A DNA stretch of 64,000 nt from an uncultured virus (IMG/VR IMGVR_UViG_3300034374_009246) (taxonomy: Duplodnaviria > Heunggongvirae > Uroviricota > Caudoviricetes): IMG/VR virus record IMGVR_UViG_3300034374_009246, one strand, 5' to 3'. A program made the translations under genes and the position numbers. This document shows, piece by piece, positions 48,706 through 57,357 of the stretch (the stretch's first letter is position 1; every line of letters starts with the position of its first letter). The notes under the pieces are model-generated. The model was not told where the DNA came from, did not search any database, and was given only the letters and a program-made list of their open reading frames with translations.

Positions 48706-49092
48706 ATGAACATTACACTAATCAGATCTTACAGATCAAAAAACGGAAATCCTACCTTTGTTTACGGAGTATCAGGTAACGCAACAGAATTAGCAGAGTT
48801 TGAGGCTGCACAAGGAGACTACCACAGAGTAGATGAAGAAACAGGAACACCTCTATGGTTTACAACAAGATGTGTTGGACCAAGTGGTAAGCTGATTATC
48901 ACGTCAAATGGCAATGTGGTACCAGACATGTCAGCATTTGATCAGGCTGCAAGCTTAGCTCAGCAGTATGGTGGTAACTTTGGAGATGCACTTGCAGCAC
49001 AAGCAGCACAGAGCATTTTAGGTGTTTTCAAAGCACCTGCACCTCAAAACACTGTTCAAAACACTGCAGACGCAAGTTTAGAGGACTTATAA
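48706..49092 (+). CDS. Hypothetical early protein, paralog of 47281-47703
   Basis: See paralog; A-rich leader before the ATG. Confidence 0.65.
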   Translation: MNITLIRSYRSKNGNPTFVYGVSGNATELAEFEAAQGDYHRVDEETGTPLWFTTRCVGPSGKLIITSNGNVVPDMSAFDQAASLAQQYGGNFGDALAAQAAQSILGVFKAPAPQNTVQNTADASLEDL

Positions 49093-49247
49093 GAGAGTTT
49101 TTGCGGGTAAAACCGTGGAAAAACTTCAAGTATGTGGAGATATGTGAGTAGGAACCAACCTCCTACCACATTCTCCGTACTTGTATTAAACCAAAATTGC
49201 TAACACAGCTAAAGTAATATACTATATAGCTACAAAGTTAATAGAAC

Positions 49248-49580
49248 ATGAGCAGAATAAAAAATTATTATCATGACCTATTTGAGTGGCAACACCTCTG
49301 TGAGAATAATGACAGAATGGAAATGCCATACTGGCTGTTAGAGCATTACAACATGTCAGAGTATGATGCCACAGCTATGGGAATCAGAGTCCAGTCACTT
49401 GCACCTCTAGATGACTATACAGATGAGGAGAAAAACTATTTCTACTTCCTGCAAAACAAGTATGACAATGAAAAACTCAATGAAGAGTTTGAAAAGCTTA
49501 AGCCAGGAGAGCGTATGATTATAGGAATATCTGTAGATGAACATGGTAATCATTATGAAGAATACCTCACAAAAGAATAA
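49248..49580 (+). CDS. Hypothetical acidic protein
   Basis: 110-aa ORF in the plus-strand block. Confidence 0.55.
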   Translation: MSRIKNYYHDLFEWQHLCENNDRMEMPYWLLEHYNMSEYDATAMGIRVQSLAPLDDYTDEEKNYFYFLQNKYDNEKLNEEFEKLKPGERMIIGISVDEHGNHYEEYLTKE

Positions 49581-49583
49581 AAA

Positions 49584-49755
49584 TGCGTCATCAGTGACGC
49601 ACATAACAACAATAGAGTATATACTTCTTATGTTATATTCTATTGTTAGGTTATAAGAAAAGCCACGTAAGTGGTTCATAGCTAGTGAGTTAAAAGTGAA
49701 TTTAGATACAAGTTTTGCGTCACAGGTGTCGTACCTATGCGTCACCAGTGTCGCA
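49584..49755. promoter_or_regulatory. Three 18-bp quasi-palindromic sites TGCGTCA-N4-TGWCGYA (operator/iteron-like)
   Basis: 49584-49601 TGCGTCATCAGTGACGCA; 49716-49733 TGCGTCACAGGTGTCGTA; 49738-49755 TGCGTCACCAGTGTCGCA. Confidence 0.7.
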
Positions 49756-49814
49756 TTCTTGTAAAATCACTTAAAATTTATTACCTTTATTAAATCAAAG
49801 AAAGAGTAAAGCGT

Positions 49815-50024
49815 ATGAAAATAGTAGCATGGCAAGCTACACCTAATGGAAAGGTAAAACTTGCAATCAAAACATACAGAAATGACATGTACAAAATTGT
49901 CATAGTAGATAACATACATGGATTAGATGATATCTTATCTGATATACCTGAAATAACAGGTTCAGATGTAGATGCAATGACAGAGTACTTGTACTCAACA
50001 TATCATTGGAATCCAGTAATCTGA
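49815..50024 (+). CDS. Small hypothetical protein
   Basis: 69-aa ORF with an A-rich leader. Confidence 0.55.
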   Translation: MKIVAWQATPNGKVKLAIKTYRNDMYKIVIVDNIHGLDDILSDIPEITGSDVDAMTEYLYSTYHWNPVI

Positions 50025-50218
50025 TTTGGGTCAGAATAAACAGGTGCTTAAGCCCAAAGCGTTGGAGAATAATCTCCAGGTGCACTCAGGAGGAGTTGGC
50101 AGCGTAGACACCATAGCGGTGAATGCTGTAGGTAGACAACAGTTTCCTAGGAACTGCCTTAGACACACCGAAGATTAGTAGGTGTGTTTAAAAACTTGTC
50201 AAAAGAATAAGTTTTTTG

Positions 50219-50430
50219 AAAGATTGATTCAGCATTAATACATCAGTAATAAAGCAACACACAGATCAATCTGATTACACCAACGGCTAAAGGATGATTC
50301 AGCAGTATCTATAATCATTAACTACACATAACATCCTGACCGTTATTTAAAAACAAAGATTATGTCAGCAGTCTCTATAACTACAACAACACTAGAGAGG
50401 CTTTCCGTATAAGGGGAATCCATAATCTGT
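50219..50430 (+). ncRNA. Tandem array of three structured RNA motifs (AAAG-stem-UCAGCA-variable loop-stem'-CUG)
   Basis: Stems AGATTGAT/ATCAATCT, AGGATG/CATCCT and AGATTATG/CATAATCT differ in sequence but all pair; TCAGCA and 3' CTG are invariant. Confidence 0.7.
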
Positions 50431-50535
50431 ACTATTTAACACCCCTTGGAAAGCCACAAATTAACAACAGGGGAGAGTGTAATAGCTCTCCCCAAAATTA
50501 AATCAAATCTAAATCAAATCACAAATATCAAAGCT

Positions 50536-51930
50536 ATGACAAACGTAACACTAACACAAGCACTACAAGACATCCAAACTTTAACTGATAACGGTTGTGT
50601 AACCAACCAGACATCTATGGACAAATGTCTAGATATGTTCTTCCTAGCAGGAGCATCTAGACATATGTCTACTGATGATATCATTAGAGTTTGGAACAGT
50701 GCCTATGCTGAAAACCCCCAACTAGCCTGTAAAATCTTGTATTGGGCAAGAGATTGCAGAGGAGGGGCAGGAGAGAAGAGATTATTCCAAACCATAATGT
50801 CTTACTTGTATAAAGTTGATAGAGATTTATTCTCACAGCTTATTATACATATTGAGGAGTATGGTTATTGGAAAGATATCTTCAAATCTGCCCAGCCTGA
50901 TGCTGATATGCTAAACTATTTAGCTACTCAGTTGGAGGAATCAGATAACGCAGGCTTACTCGCTAAGTTCTTTCCGAGAAAGGGAGAATGGTTCAATGCT
51001 ATGCGTAAATACAAAGGTTGTACACCTAAAGATTTACGCAAGTACATTGTATCCAAATCCCAAACGGTTGAGCAGAAGATGTGCGCGCAAGATTGGAGTA
51101 ACATCCAATATGAGCATGTACCATCTGTTGCCATGAAGAACTATGGTAGAACCTTTGCTGTCAAAGATGAGAAACGTTACACCAAGTATATAGAGAATGT
51201 CCTTGCGGGCAAAACCTCTATCAATGCAGGTGTGCTTCATCCTCATGAACTTATCCTTAAGCTAGAAAGAGACAACATTGATGCCATTCAGGCTCAGTGG
51301 AGTAATCTTATAGATTATATGGAGGGTAGTGAGGAGAGGTTGTTTCCAATTTGCGATGTCTCAGGCTCTATGAGCGGTTTGCCTATGGAGGTGTCTGTTG
51401 CTTTAGGGCTTTACATATCTGAAAGAAACAAGTCTTGTTTCAAGGATTATGTGATGACCTTCAGTGAAAATCCCCAGTTCCATCATGTAGTTGGTAACAA
51501 CATATATGAGAGAGCTACAAGTCTGTATCAAGCAGATTGGGGGATGAGCACTGATCTAGAAAAAGTTTTTAAACTTATACTAGATAAAGCAGTTGAACAT
51601 AACGTATCTCCATCAGATATGCCAACTAAGCTACTTATCATTAGTGATATGGAGTTTAATCAGGCTACTGATACCAAGGAGAGTGCTTTGCAATACATTA
51701 GCAGGATGTATGCTGAAGCAGGTTATGTCAGACCTGATATCATCTTTTGGAACGTAAACGGAAGACTTGGTAATGTACCTGCAAAGTGCAATACTCAAGG
51801 TGTGGGATTGGTCAGTGGATTTAGCCCTTCCGTGCTACAGTCAGTTCTTCAAGGGTCTGTAGAGACTCCTATGGAGCTGATGCTCAGAACTGTAAACGTA
51901 GAGCGTTATGACCGTATAGTCATAGCGTAA
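50536..51930 (+). CDS. DUF2828-type helical + vWA protein (Ro60/TROVE-like architecture), 464 aa from the probable start MTNV
   Basis: TDNG..SMDKCLDMFF, ARDCRGGAGE, YGYWKD, VPSVAM, LHPHE, MIDAS CDVSGSM, WGMSTD, ISDMEF, IIFWNV, VSGFSP. Confidence 0.8.
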   Translation: MTNVTLTQALQDIQTLTDNGCVTNQTSMDKCLDMFFLAGASRHMSTDDIIRVWNSAYAENPQLACKILYWARDCRGGAGEKRLFQTIMSYLYKVDRDLFSQLIIHIEEYGYWKDIFKSAQPDADMLNYLATQLEESDNAGLLAKFFPRKGEWFNAMRKYKGCTPKDLRKYIVSKSQTVEQKMCAQDWSNIQYEHVPSVAMKNYGRTFAVKDEKRYTKYIENVLAGKTSINAGVLHPHELILKLERDNIDAIQAQWSNLIDYMEGSEERLFPICDVSGSMSGLPMEVSVALGLYISERNKSCFKDYVMTFSENPQFHHVVGNNIYERATSLYQADWGMSTDLEKVFKLILDKAVEHNVSPSDMPTKLLIISDMEFNQATDTKESALQYISRMYAEAGYVRPDIIFWNVNGRLGNVPAKCNTQGVGLVSGFSPSVLQSVLQGSVETPMELMLRTVNVERYDRIVIA

Positions 51931-51962
51931 GCGCGTTTGCAGTTCTGCACATATAAACTTTT

Positions 51963-52002
51963 AGAGACTGCAGGATTCTTTCTTGTAGTCTCTTTATTTT
52001 TT
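51963..52002 (+). terminator. Intrinsic terminator after the vWA gene
   Basis: AGAGACTGCAGGA/TCTTGTAGTCTCT stem with G-U pairs, then a T-rich run. Confidence 0.7.
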
Positions 52003-52056
52003 ACTATCATCATCTCTTCCTAACTAAATCTAGATTACACAGAGTAAATTCAAATC

Positions 52057-52545
52057 ATGAAAAGAAAAAACAAAAAAAGCATAGAATTAGATTTCAACAT
52101 AGATAAAACAATTGCCTTATCTATGATACAGAGCAGGCTGCAGAATATCAACAAAAATACAGTCAATGATCCAGAAATAATAGAAGCTGTTGTATCTTTA
52201 ATATCTGCATCAAATCTTGATGTAAAAAAGCTTTTCTTAGCTACATTAGGAGTATACCCTGAAGAAGGTCAGTATACGGCTAATGATGAGGTATACGTTG
52301 GTACAAGCTATATTGAAACCTGGAACATAGCCAAAGAGCTAATGGAAGAAAAAGGTCTAATCATCAAAGATATGGTAAAAGCTACTGTAGAAGAATATAA
52401 CAAGTATACGGAACAATATACCATAACATATAACTATTTATATTATACTGATGATAATCCTTTAAAAACAAACACTATTGAGATTTCTCAAAAAGCTATA
52501 AAAGGTTTAGTAGAAGATTATCCTGTTAATTTAGAAATAGTATAA
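52057..52545 (+). CDS. Hypothetical protein
   Basis: 162-aa ORF, overlapping the HTH gene start. Confidence 0.55.
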   Translation: MKRKNKKSIELDFNIDKTIALSMIQSRLQNINKNTVNDPEIIEAVVSLISASNLDVKKLFLATLGVYPEEGQYTANDEVYVGTSYIETWNIAKELMEEKGLIIKDMVKATVEEYNKYTEQYTITYNYLYYTDDNPLKTNTIEISQKAIKGLVEDYPVNLEIV

Positions 52546-52793
52546 TGAAAAGGAAAACAAGATTTGGTATTGTAGATGCAGATGTTATCCAAGATCCGTC
52601 TTTATCTACAACTGCCAAAGCTGTTTATGCGTTGTTATGCACATATGCAAGAAAAGACAGAACTTGTTTTCCATCTATAACACATATATCAGAGTTATTA
52701 AACGTAAGCAGAAGGACCACAGAAAGAGCAATAAAAGAATTAAATTCTAAAGATTACATACAAAAAAATGGTAAAATATTTACGCTTAAATAA
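52545..52793 (+). CDS. Stand-alone winged HTH protein (HTH_36/phage initiator N-domain-like)
   Basis: DPSLSTTAKAVYALL..CFPSITHISELLNVSRRTTERAIKELNSKDYI. Confidence 0.8.
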   Translation: MKRKTRFGIVDADVIQDPSLSTTAKAVYALLCTYARKDRTCFPSITHISELLNVSRRTTERAIKELNSKDYIQKNGKIFTLK

Positions 52794-52892
52794 TTGTAGC
52801 TATATAGTGCGTATTATTTAAATAGCAGAAATATTAATAATTGTTGATACAAAGTAAATATGCTATATTTGAAATTATCATGTATGTAAAAA

Positions 52893-53132
52893 ATGTTTTA
52901 TCAGTTGCCTAATGGTAAAGTCTTATATTTATCTGTTGAAGAATACTTAAGTCTTACAGATGAAGAATTACATCAGCTATCTAATAGCGGATATGGTGAG
53001 TATATGTCACCAAATGCAAGTTTCACAGGGAGAAAGCAGAAATTTAAATCTATAGAAGATGATTTAGATTATAAACCTGATGATGATGAAACAGATACAC
53101 GCGGTCCTATCAACCTAGATAATTTAGAATAA
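52893..53132 (+). CDS. Small acidic hypothetical protein
   Basis: YQLPNGKVLYLSVEEYL; preceded by TATATTTG at 52864-52871. Confidence 0.6.
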   Translation: MFYQLPNGKVLYLSVEEYLSLTDEELHQLSNSGYGEYMSPNASFTGRKQKFKSIEDDLDYKPDDDETDTRGPINLDNLE

Positions 53133-53209
53133 CAGAAGAAAAGCACCACTTCTGTTTTTTTTATTTTTTTTTTGGTGCATTTTTCAAATCAATTTTATAA
53201 ATCAAAGTT

Positions 53210-53692
53210 ATGAATTCAAAAGTAAAAGTTACTGCTGATGAAGCAGGTAATGTAATTGTCAGAAGTCCAAAGAATCCAGATTACGGACACATCAGAGTTG
53301 AGCAAATCAAAATGATAATTGATGACTCAGGTTTTGCACGTAAACGCAAACTTTCTGCTCTTATTCCAGGCACAGTTGAAGATCTTAAATGTTTTGGCTG
53401 GACTAAAGACCAAGAAGTAGATGGACAAATCATTGTAAAAGATTCATTAGAACCTTTTAACAAGAAATTTCCAGAACGTGATTACAAAGTAGCAGGTAGA
53501 AGCGGTGTAGTATGCTGTCAAGATGGCATGCCTATTTACCGTAGAAATTTTTACACCTTAAATATGAAAGCTACTGATATTAAAGTAGAACATACTAATG
53601 GTGATGACATCATTGCTGCTTATGCTGCCTTAAAAGAAGATGAAGAACAAGTAATGTCTTCATATGCAGGAGATGATTTAGATCTGCTGTAA
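53210..53692 (+). CDS. Hypothetical protein (beta-rich, acidic tail; possibly OB-fold)
   Basis: 160 aa with an acidic C-terminus. Confidence 0.5.
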   Translation: MNSKVKVTADEAGNVIVRSPKNPDYGHIRVEQIKMIIDDSGFARKRKLSALIPGTVEDLKCFGWTKDQEVDGQIIVKDSLEPFNKKFPERDYKVAGRSGVVCCQDGMPIYRRNFYTLNMKATDIKVEHTNGDDIIAAYAALKEDEEQVMSSYAGDDLDLL

Positions 53693-53770
53693 AAATTACT
53701 AATTATTGTATAGATAAAGGGAGTGTAACAGCTCCCTTTATACAATTTTTAATCAAATAAAAATAGAAAA

Positions 53771-54253
53771 ATGAAAGCAAGTCAAAACACACAGTCAATA
53801 ATATATGATGGCATATTCCACAACTTCCAAGAACTTAGTTCTTATTACAAGAAACACTATCAGTTAATAGATAGTGATCAACTATCTTCTTATCAAAATT
53901 TCTTGTATAAGAAAGCTCTCTTTGGATTAAAAATGTATGATAAAAAAGAACTTCAAACTATGCACTGGCATAAGAAGAAAAGAATTATGAAAGTACATAA
54001 GAGAGCACAAGAAGTTATTAACATTTGGAAGCAAGAACTCGTAAATAAATATACGTCAAACTTCTTTGAAAAAATCTTTTATAATAGCCCTATAAGCAAA
54101 AATATAAAAGAATGTGAGTACACAGATAAAAACTTTATTTCAACATTAACTTTTAAAGAGTTAGGTTTGAAAAAAGCAGATGTTATTCTTAAATTATTTC
54201 AAGAAGGAATATTACCAAAAAATTATTTTAGCTTGAATGAAAGCAAAAACTAA
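53771..54253 (+). CDS. Hypothetical basic protein
   Basis: 160-aa ORF. Confidence 0.55.
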   Translation: MKASQNTQSIIYDGIFHNFQELSSYYKKHYQLIDSDQLSSYQNFLYKKALFGLKMYDKKELQTMHWHKKKRIMKVHKRAQEVINIWKQELVNKYTSNFFEKIFYNSPISKNIKECEYTDKNFISTLTFKELGLKKADVILKLFQEGILPKNYFSLNESKN

Positions 54254-54653
54254 AATATGTAACGGGTGCGGGCAAGAAAAATATATTTGGAAAAATATAA
54301 AAGGCAAGAAGTATTGTAAGTTTTGTTCAATGAACCAACAGGCCATGACAAAGACTGCCAGTAAAAAAACTTATAAACCTATTGCTGCCCGCTCCGTTAA
54401 AAAAAGTAAAGAAGAAACTATATATGCCTTAAAGAGAAAAATTTTTTTAAACTCTAAGACTCTTTGTAAAGCTAAATTATTGAGAGTCTGTACTGTATTT
54501 GCCACAGATGTGCATCATAAGGCAGGAAGAGTTGGTAAGAATTTTTTAGATGAAAGCACTTGGTTACCTGTATGTAGACAGTGTCATATGTGGATAGAAG
54601 AACATCCAATTGAATCTAAAGAAAAAGGATTTAGCATATCTAGAATAAATTAA
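54237..54653 (+). CDS. HNH-type zinc nuclease
   Basis: N-terminal CxxC..CxxC; C..C..ATDVHHKAGR..VCRQCH. Confidence 0.7.
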   Translation: MKAKTKICNGCGQEKYIWKNIKGKKYCKFCSMNQQAMTKTASKKTYKPIAARSVKKSKEETIYALKRKIFLNSKTLCKAKLLRVCTVFATDVHHKAGRVGKNFLDESTWLPVCRQCHMWIEEHPIESKEKGFSISRIN

Positions 54654-54727
54654 TTATCTTTATAATATATAATATTTAAATAAATGAAGTTTACAATAAT
54701 AAGTGATCCTGGAGATGAGCAACCAGA

Positions 54728-55876
54728 ATGTCACATAATGAAAGAGTTATGAAAACTAAAAATGAAATACAAAATGAAGCATTAAACGCAATAGGTAACA
54801 AGTATAACGCAGGAGTTCAAATATCAATGGGAGTTGGTAAAACATTGCTTGGTTTAAAGCATATGGCTAAAAATTATACAGATACATGTAGATATTTAGT
54901 AGTAGCCCCTAGAGTTAAGATATTTGATTCATGGACAGATGATGCTGAGCAATGGAATTATGAATATTTATTAGACCATATAAACTTTACAACTTATGTA
55001 TCATTACTGAAACAAGATTTTCATTATGATATTGTATATTTAGATGAGTGTCATAGTTTAAAAGAAAACTATAAACCTTGGCTTAGTGAGTTTGAAAGTA
55101 GAGGTGGTAAAATCATTGGTCTTACTGGTACTTATCCTGTATATAAAACTTCTGAGAAAGGTAAAATGTGTAACAGGTTTTGTCCTATTGTTTATGAATA
55201 TGAAACTGATGAAGCTGTTGAAGATAAAATCTTAAATGATTATCAGATATATGTTCATAAGCTAATGTTGAGTAATGAAAAAACAATACCAAAATTAACC
55301 AGAGATGGATCACGTACATTTTATACATCAGAAATAAGTGATTACAACTATTGGTGCAGTAGAGTTGATGGAGCTGTTACACCTAAAGCAAAACAAATAG
55401 CTACAATACAAAGGATGAAATTGTTACAAAAATTTCCTTTAAAAGTAGAGTACGCAAAACATTTGCTATATCATTCTAAAGAAAAGACTATAGCATTTGC
55501 AAGCACTCAACAGCAAGCTGATGCTATTTGTAGACACAGTGTACATTCTAAAAACAAAAAATCTAAAGAAAATCTAAATGATTTTAAAGAAGGTATAATA
55601 AATAAATTAAGTGCTGTTGAACAACTTAGTGAAGGTGTAACTATACCAGGATTAAAATGCGGCATCATACTGCATTCTTACGGGAATAATAGAAAAGCTT
55701 CTCAGAAGATTGGTAGACTGCTTAGATTAAATCCTGATGATAAAGCAGATATACACATCCTTTGTTATGAAAATAGCATAGATAAAAAATGGGTTAAGGA
55801 TGCTACAAAACACCTTGATCAATCTAAAATAAAATGGGTAGAACCCATATATCAAAATACTAAATCATGGCTTTAA
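54728..55876 (+). CDS. Superfamily 2 helicase
   Basis: GVGKT, DECH, LTGT, LSEGVTIP, QKIGRLLR motifs. Confidence 0.9.
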   Translation: MSHNERVMKTKNEIQNEALNAIGNKYNAGVQISMGVGKTLLGLKHMAKNYTDTCRYLVVAPRVKIFDSWTDDAEQWNYEYLLDHINFTTYVSLLKQDFHYDIVYLDECHSLKENYKPWLSEFESRGGKIIGLTGTYPVYKTSEKGKMCNRFCPIVYEYETDEAVEDKILNDYQIYVHKLMLSNEKTIPKLTRDGSRTFYTSEISDYNYWCSRVDGAVTPKAKQIATIQRMKLLQKFPLKVEYAKHLLYHSKEKTIAFASTQQQADAICRHSVHSKNKKSKENLNDFKEGIINKLSAVEQLSEGVTIPGLKCGIILHSYGNNRKASQKIGRLLRLNPDDKADIHILCYENSIDKKWVKDATKHLDQSKIKWVEPIYQNTKSWL

Positions 55877-56229
55877 CAAGTTTAAAAATTAAGACAAACA
55901 TTGAAGATGTTTATCAAAGAATAATGATAAGTACACATATAGGTAACGTTACTGAGAATGATGGAGAACCTGTACTTGTTGTAACAGTTAATCATTGTGA
56001 TAACAGCTGGACTCCAAAAGGAGAGGCTTTAATCTATTATAGGTCAGAATCTGAAGAAGAGTTTCATTCTAATTTAAGAAAAGAAGCTGCAGAAAAGAAT
56101 CAGTTAATAACAAACATGTCAACAGACCCTGAACTTAATCCAGAAGGGTATGAGAATATTGACAAGAATTTAGAAGTTGACCTGAATCATATGTCAGATG
56201 ATGATATAGATTACTATAGACAAAATTAA
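55867..56229 (+). CDS. Hypothetical protein
   Basis: 120-aa ORF overlapping the helicase end. Confidence 0.5.
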   Translation: MALTSLKIKTNIEDVYQRIMISTHIGNVTENDGEPVLVVTVNHCDNSWTPKGEALIYYRSESEEEFHSNLRKEAAEKNQLITNMSTDPELNPEGYENIDKNLEVDLNHMSDDDIDYYRQN

Positions 56230-56230
56230 T

Positions 56231-56473
56231 ATGCATTACTCCAAAGATTTAAATTACATGGACGGAAGGTCTGATGGCAGAGCTATGGCCGCTAATATAG
56301 AGTCTACTCTATTTAAAAACCTTGACACTGCTATTGAGGCTAAACAAAATCTTATAAATCATTTTGAAGAACAGTTCGGTTATACACATGATCAAGAAAC
56401 ATTTGATAGAAATTATACTTATAATCTTGGTTTACTTGATGAGTTAAAAGAAGCTAAAAAAAGAGCTACCTGA
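56231..56473 (+). CDS. Hypothetical protein
   Basis: 80-aa ORF; hairpin AGAGCTAC/GTAGCTCT spans the stop. Confidence 0.5.
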   Translation: MHYSKDLNYMDGRSDGRAMAANIESTLFKNLDTAIEAKQNLINHFEEQFGYTHDQETFDRNYTYNLGLLDELKEAKKRAT

Positions 56474-56545
56474 CCAGTAGCTCTTATCCCGAAACCCTAG
56501 ATAAAAAATAAATTGTCAATTTAAATATAATAAAAAAAGATAAAT

Positions 56546-56701
56546 ATGATTGATATAAATAAATTATTAGATATTCTAACAGCTTTATCTTTAGTTATTA
56601 TCTTATTAATTATGATTGGTATAATGGCAAAACATGCACCTGCTTTGCTTGCCATATTAACTTGTGCTCTTGGATATTTTTGGGGCAGACGTTTAAATTA
56701 A
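56546..56701 (+). CDS. Small membrane protein (51 aa)
   Basis: Read manually: MIDINKLLDILTALSLVIILLIMIGIMAKHAPALLAILTCALGYFWGRRLN. Confidence 0.5.
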   Translation: MIDINKLLDILTALSLVIILLIMIGIMAKHAPALLAILTCALGYFWGRRLN

Positions 56702-56706
56702 AAATT

Positions 56707-56949
56707 ATGAGTAGATATACTAAACAGTTAGAAGAAAAAGATTATACAATAGCCTATGGATTTGATCATGCATCAGGATATTTTTTCCAAGTGTTTGATA
56801 ATAATCCAGAAGATGAAGATGATGACATTATATTAAATGAATGCAGTATCTTTACAGGTATGAGTAATGGAGATATGATAGATCTTATGACCAAGTATAA
56901 GGTAGATGATAATCACATAGCTCAAGTAATGTTAGATTTACCATTTTAA
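56707..56949 (+). CDS. Hypothetical protein (start probably MSRY)
   Basis: IAYGFDHASGYFFQVFD. Confidence 0.55.
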   Translation: MSRYTKQLEEKDYTIAYGFDHASGYFFQVFDNNPEDEDDDIILNECSIFTGMSNGDMIDLMTKYKVDDNHIAQVMLDLPF

Positions 56950-56959
56950 AACTAAAACA

Positions 56960-57355
56960 ATGAAAGATTTAATAGTTGTAAAAAGCGTAAACAAATGTCG
57001 TCAATGTAATGAAGATATGTTGAGCGTTACTTTTATGAATGATAAACATGAAGCTGATCTAATATGCTTTAATAAAGAATGTAACTTTAGACATACTTTT
57101 TATTGGAAGAGAGATCAGTTTGGAAAAATCATTAAAGTCACAGATAAAGAAGAAAAGAATAAGTTTTTTGAAAGTATAATGGTAGAAACTATGTATGAAA
57201 AAGATAAGACTACCACTATAGAATGGGTTCCTGGATTTGAACCAAACATTACAATTGAAACAGAAGAATTTACTGAACTTATACAAAAATTAGAAAACAA
57301 CGGGTTGGATATGTTATCTGAATTTGATTTGACTCCCGGCTCAGAACCATTTTAA
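56960..57355 (+). CDS. Zinc-ribbon protein
   Basis: CRQC..CFNKEC. Confidence 0.5.
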   Translation: MKDLIVVKSVNKCRQCNEDMLSVTFMNDKHEADLICFNKECNFRHTFYWKRDQFGKIIKVTDKEEKNKFFESIMVETMYEKDKTTTIEWVPGFEPNITIETEEFTELIQKLENNGLDMLSEFDLTPGSEPF

Positions 57356-57357
57356 TT

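Noticed and set aside
45800..50217. tRNA genes in the structured intergenic blocks
   Set aside because: No cloverleaf with a GTTCRA T-loop and matching acceptor stem seen by eye; tRNAscan-SE/ARAGORN would be decisive.
50219..50430. CRISPR mini-array interpretation of the three repeats
   Set aside because: The repeats are not identical, the conserved core is only about 6 nt, each stem encloses the variable part, and no cas genes are visible.
50446..50535. TTG-start N-terminal extension of the vWA protein in the ORF track
   Set aside because: It runs through the GGGGAGAG/CTCTCCCC hairpin and an AAATC-repeat leader; the ATG at 50536 after an A-rich leader fits better.
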